Assembly (NCBI GenBank): GCA_000004985.1
Contig: GG739502.1
Length of the DNA stretch: 1,207 bases
Origin: Naegleria gruberi
Lineage: Eukaryota
Direction: 5' to 3' (one strand)
Positions within the stretch are counted from its first letter, which is position 1, and each line of letters opens with the position of its first letter. A program made the position numbers and the translations under genes. Shown here piece by piece: positions 1-1,207 of the stretch. The notes beneath the pieces were generated by a model, which saw only the letters and a program-made list of their open reading frames with translations, was not told the origin of the DNA and ran no database searches.

Positions 1-148
1 ATCATCATATAATTGGTCGACACACAGAAATTTAAATAAACAAAATTAACAAGAATAAAAGCAAATCCTACATAGAGTTGGAGAACGGGAAATGAAATTC
101 CCAAATTAAATTGAGAAACACAATCACAATAATTCATACTATCAAAAT

Positions 149-193
149 GAATTGAACCCTGGTCGCCGTATTCTACCACTAAACCATCGACGC
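149..193 (-). other. tRNA-like relic, either a degenerate tRNA pseudogene or a SINE-head fragment. It has A-box- and B-box-like motifs but no complete cloverleaf.
   Basis: The minus strand reads GCGTCGATGGTTTAGTGGTAGAATACGGCGACCAGGGTTCAATTC. TGGTTTAGTGG (forward 176-186) fits the Pol III A-box TRGCNNAGTGG with one mismatch, and it sits in a D-arm-like GTTT/AGTGGTA/GAAT context. GGGTTCAATTC (forward 149-159) resembles the B-box/T-loop GGTTCGANTCC. The spacing between the boxes is about 17 nt too short. No anticodon stem or closing acceptor stem can be paired. Confidence 0.3.
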
Positions 194-194
194 A

Positions 195-261
195 TTATGA
201 CATACTCTTACCAACGTGATTTAAAATTATCAAAAATAATATTTGATAAAAAAAATAGACG
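195..261 (+). promoter_or_regulatory. AT-rich 5' flank, the presumed 5' UTR or core promoter of the ankyrin-kinase gene.
   Basis: It includes an A-rich run (aaaaaaaatagacg) directly before the ATG at 262 and an in-frame TAG at 256-258. I could not recognise any specific promoter element with confidence. Confidence 0.2.
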
Positions 262-471
262 ATGGCGACCTGTAAAAACATTTGGCTACAAGCAGCAGAG
301 GCTATAAAACAAGGAGACCTGTCAATCTTACAAAGTCTCGACCTTGTATCTGTCATTAACAATAATTATGATGAAGCAACGTTACTATCAATAGCTTGTG
401 GTCAAAACAAATGTTGTCCTGAAATTATCCAATTATTATTGGCAGTTCCGACCATTGATTTGAACAAAAAT
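262..471 (+). CDS. Exon 1 (70 codons) of an ankyrin-repeat protein kinase gene. It starts at the ATG at 262 and ends ...TIDLNKN.
   Basis: The ATG at 262 is the first in-frame ATG after an in-frame TAG at 256-258. The track ORF 262..489 is this exon read through into the intron (NVSMLL*). The translation contains a partial cap-like repeat (AAEAIKQGDLSILQSLDLVSVINNN) and a full ankyrin repeat (YDEATLLSIACGQNKCCPEIIQLLLAVPTIDLNKN), which matches the TPLHxAxxxGHxxxVxxLLxxGAdxN consensus. The exon ends exactly at a consensus 5' splice site (AAT|GTAAGC). Confidence 0.7.
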
Positions 472-511
472 GTAAGCATGTTATTGTAATAAGCGAATAA
501 TATTTAAATAG
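472..511 (+). other. Spliceosomal micro-intron 1, 40 nt, GTAAGC...AAATAG, phase 0.
   Basis: It starts with the GTAAGC donor and ends with a TAG acceptor. It carries in-frame stops (TAA at 473-475 in the exon-1 frame, TAG at 509-511 in the exon-2 frame). Its length is not a multiple of 3, so removing it shifts the frame from that of exon 1 to that of exon 2. The junction rebuilds an uninterrupted ankyrin repeat (...DLNKN|SPLAIACFKG...). Alternative acceptors at 492-493 or 526-527 run straight into stops. Confidence 0.65.
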
Positions 512-598
512 TCACCGCTGGCAATAGCTTGTTTCAAAGGTAACAAAGAAGCTGTAAAGCTGCTATTGGATCAATCATTAATTGATATTCACAGGAGG
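512..598 (+). CDS. Exon 2 (29 codons): SPLAIACFKGNKEAVKLLLDQSLIDIHRR, a textbook ankyrin repeat.
   Basis: The frame is open from the acceptor at 511/512 to a consensus donor at AGG|GTACGT (598/599). The sequence fits ankyrin consensus positions (PLxxAxxxGxxxxVxLLLxxxxxDxx). Read without splicing, this frame hits TGA TAG at 635-640. Confidence 0.7.
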
Positions 599-640
599 GT
601 ACGTTCAATTAATTTACAGAAATACTCATTTCAATGATAG
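599..640 (+). other. Spliceosomal micro-intron 2, 42 nt, GTACGT...TGATAG, phase 0.
   Basis: It has a GTACGT donor, a TACTCAT branch-like motif at 623-629 and an ATAG acceptor. It contains tandem in-frame stops TGA TAG (635-640) immediately before a long open frame. Its length is a multiple of 3, so only excising it, not reading through it, gives a continuous protein. The alternative acceptor at 618-619 (21-nt intron) leaves the stops in frame. Confidence 0.62.
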
Positions 641-1207
641 AACGAAGAAGAAAGAACACCACTTCAGATAGCAAAATCAGAGAAAAACATTGAAATTATT
701 AAGTTATTACTTGGTAAAATATTTATTGATGACCTTAAAGATATCGACAAGTATACCACATCCAATGATGGTGAAATGATATTAATAGGATCAGAAAACG
801 ATCCTTCCATTTCGAAAAGTATATCTGAATATTTGAAGAATCGATCATTGGTTTATGGAAATGATCAGTATAATACTTTTTCAAAAGAGGATATTCCATT
901 GAAAGAAACATTCAATTCGTTAGAAGATTACATTCTTAGCCATTTGATTTCAAATTCTGTTGCTCCAAAATATCAATATAAACCGAGAGTAACACCTGTA
1001 CTAGACGATCCAGTTATTGACAGATCAGAGAGAACACTTTTTACCAGAAGTGGCGGTAATGGAGTAGTTTCAAAGGTTTCACTAAATGGAAAACCAGTTG
1101 CTGAGAAGCTTTCAACTGCTTTCATAGATTTAGAGCTCTACAAAAAAATCAGTGAACATCCTGGTATAGTTGAAATATTACATCATTATGAATCTGAGGA
1201 TGGCATA
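641..1207 (+). CDS. Exon 3 (189 codons, 3' partial, continues beyond the window). It encodes a third ankyrin repeat, then a linker, then the start of a protein-kinase catalytic domain.
   Basis: The frame is open with no stop from 641 to the window edge. The track does not list it, presumably because it has no stop in the window. NEEERTPLQIAKSEKNIEIIKLLLGKIFIDDL is an ankyrin repeat. Residues encoded from about 1028 read ERTLFTRSGGNGVVSKVSLNGKPVAEKLSTAFIDLELYKKISEHPGIVEIL. This matches kinase subdomains I-IV: a Gly-rich loop xGxxGxV, the beta3 Lys in VAEK (VAIK-like), an alphaC Glu in DLELY, and HPGIV (HPNIV-like). Confidence 0.72.

Noticed and set aside
16-21. GTCGAC (SalI) at 16-21 and GAGCTC (SacI) at 1132-1137, as possible cloning-vector junctions.
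   Set aside because: These are isolated 6-mers with no flanking polylinker or vector sequence. They are expected by chance in about 1.2 kb.
103-155. Mimivirus-type early promoter octamer (AAAATTGA-like: TAAATTGA at 107-114, GAATTGA at 149-155).
   Set aside because: Both are imperfect matches in AT-rich DNA and are more than 100 nt from the ATG. The second overlaps the tRNA-like B-box. They are not enough to claim a giant-virus promoter.
149-193. A functional tRNA gene on the minus strand.
   Set aside because: The acceptor-stem 3' strand and the whole anticodon arm are missing, and the T-stem cannot pair (CAGGG...CATTT). I kept it only as a tRNA-derived relic at low confidence.
262-489. The 75-aa track ORF as a stand-alone small ankyrin protein.
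   Set aside because: Its last 5 residues (VSMLL*) are read from a GTAAGC-initiated intron, and the ankyrin repeat it truncates continues perfectly in exon 2 after a 40-nt GT-AG segment. It is the intron-retained reading of exon 1.
599-619. Alternative 21-nt intron 2 ending at TTACAG (618-619).
   Set aside because: It leaves AATACTCATTTCAATGATAG in the exon, so the in-frame TGA TAG at 635-640 still terminates the protein. The 42-nt version ending at 640 is the only one that joins open frames.
472-640. A bacterial (Rickettsiales-, Legionella- or Amoebophilus-like) ankyrin-repeat pseudogene with a frameshift and nonsense lesions, in place of introns.
   Set aside because: Both interruptions have exact GT...AG ends and similar lengths (40 and 42 nt). 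Both carry stop codons. Both, when removed, restore both the frame and the 33-residue ankyrin periodicity. Random pseudogene lesions would not do all of this twice.
472-640. Ciliate nuclear code (TAA/TAG = Gln), which would allow read-through in place of splicing.
   Set aside because: Read with TAA/TAG as Gln, the exon-1 frame gives ...NVSMLLQQANNIQIVTAGNSLFQRQQRSCKAAIGSIIN then TGA, which has no ankyrin character. Intron 2 also contains TGA. Only splicing gives a sensible protein.

Overview
This is an AT-rich window whose dominant feature is a split, eukaryote-style protein-coding gene on the + strand. The gene-finder track lists only a 75-aa ORF (262..489), and that ORF is exon 1 read through into an intron. 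The gene has three exons: 262..471, 512..598 and 641..>1207, the last running off the 3' edge. They are separated by two GT...AG micro-introns of 40 nt (472..511) and 42 nt (599..640). Removing these two segments gives one continuous frame of 288 codons inside the window. It encodes three or more ankyrin repeats (TLLSIAC.../SPLAIACFKGNKEAVKLLLDQSLIDIH/RTPLQIAKSEKNIEIIKLLLGK) followed by the N-lobe of a protein-kinase domain. Neither this exon-3 frame nor the minus-strand frame described below appears in the track, presumably because neither has a stop codon inside the window. Upstream, on the minus strand, lies a tRNA-like relic with A-box- and B-box-like motifs but no complete cloverleaf. A 64-codon stop-free minus-strand frame with a very hydrophobic N-terminus runs off the 5' edge. 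I cannot name the organism. The micro-introns point to an AT-rich eukaryote such as a protist or fungus, not to a bacterium or phage. All functional calls rest on motif recognition by eye, with no database searches.
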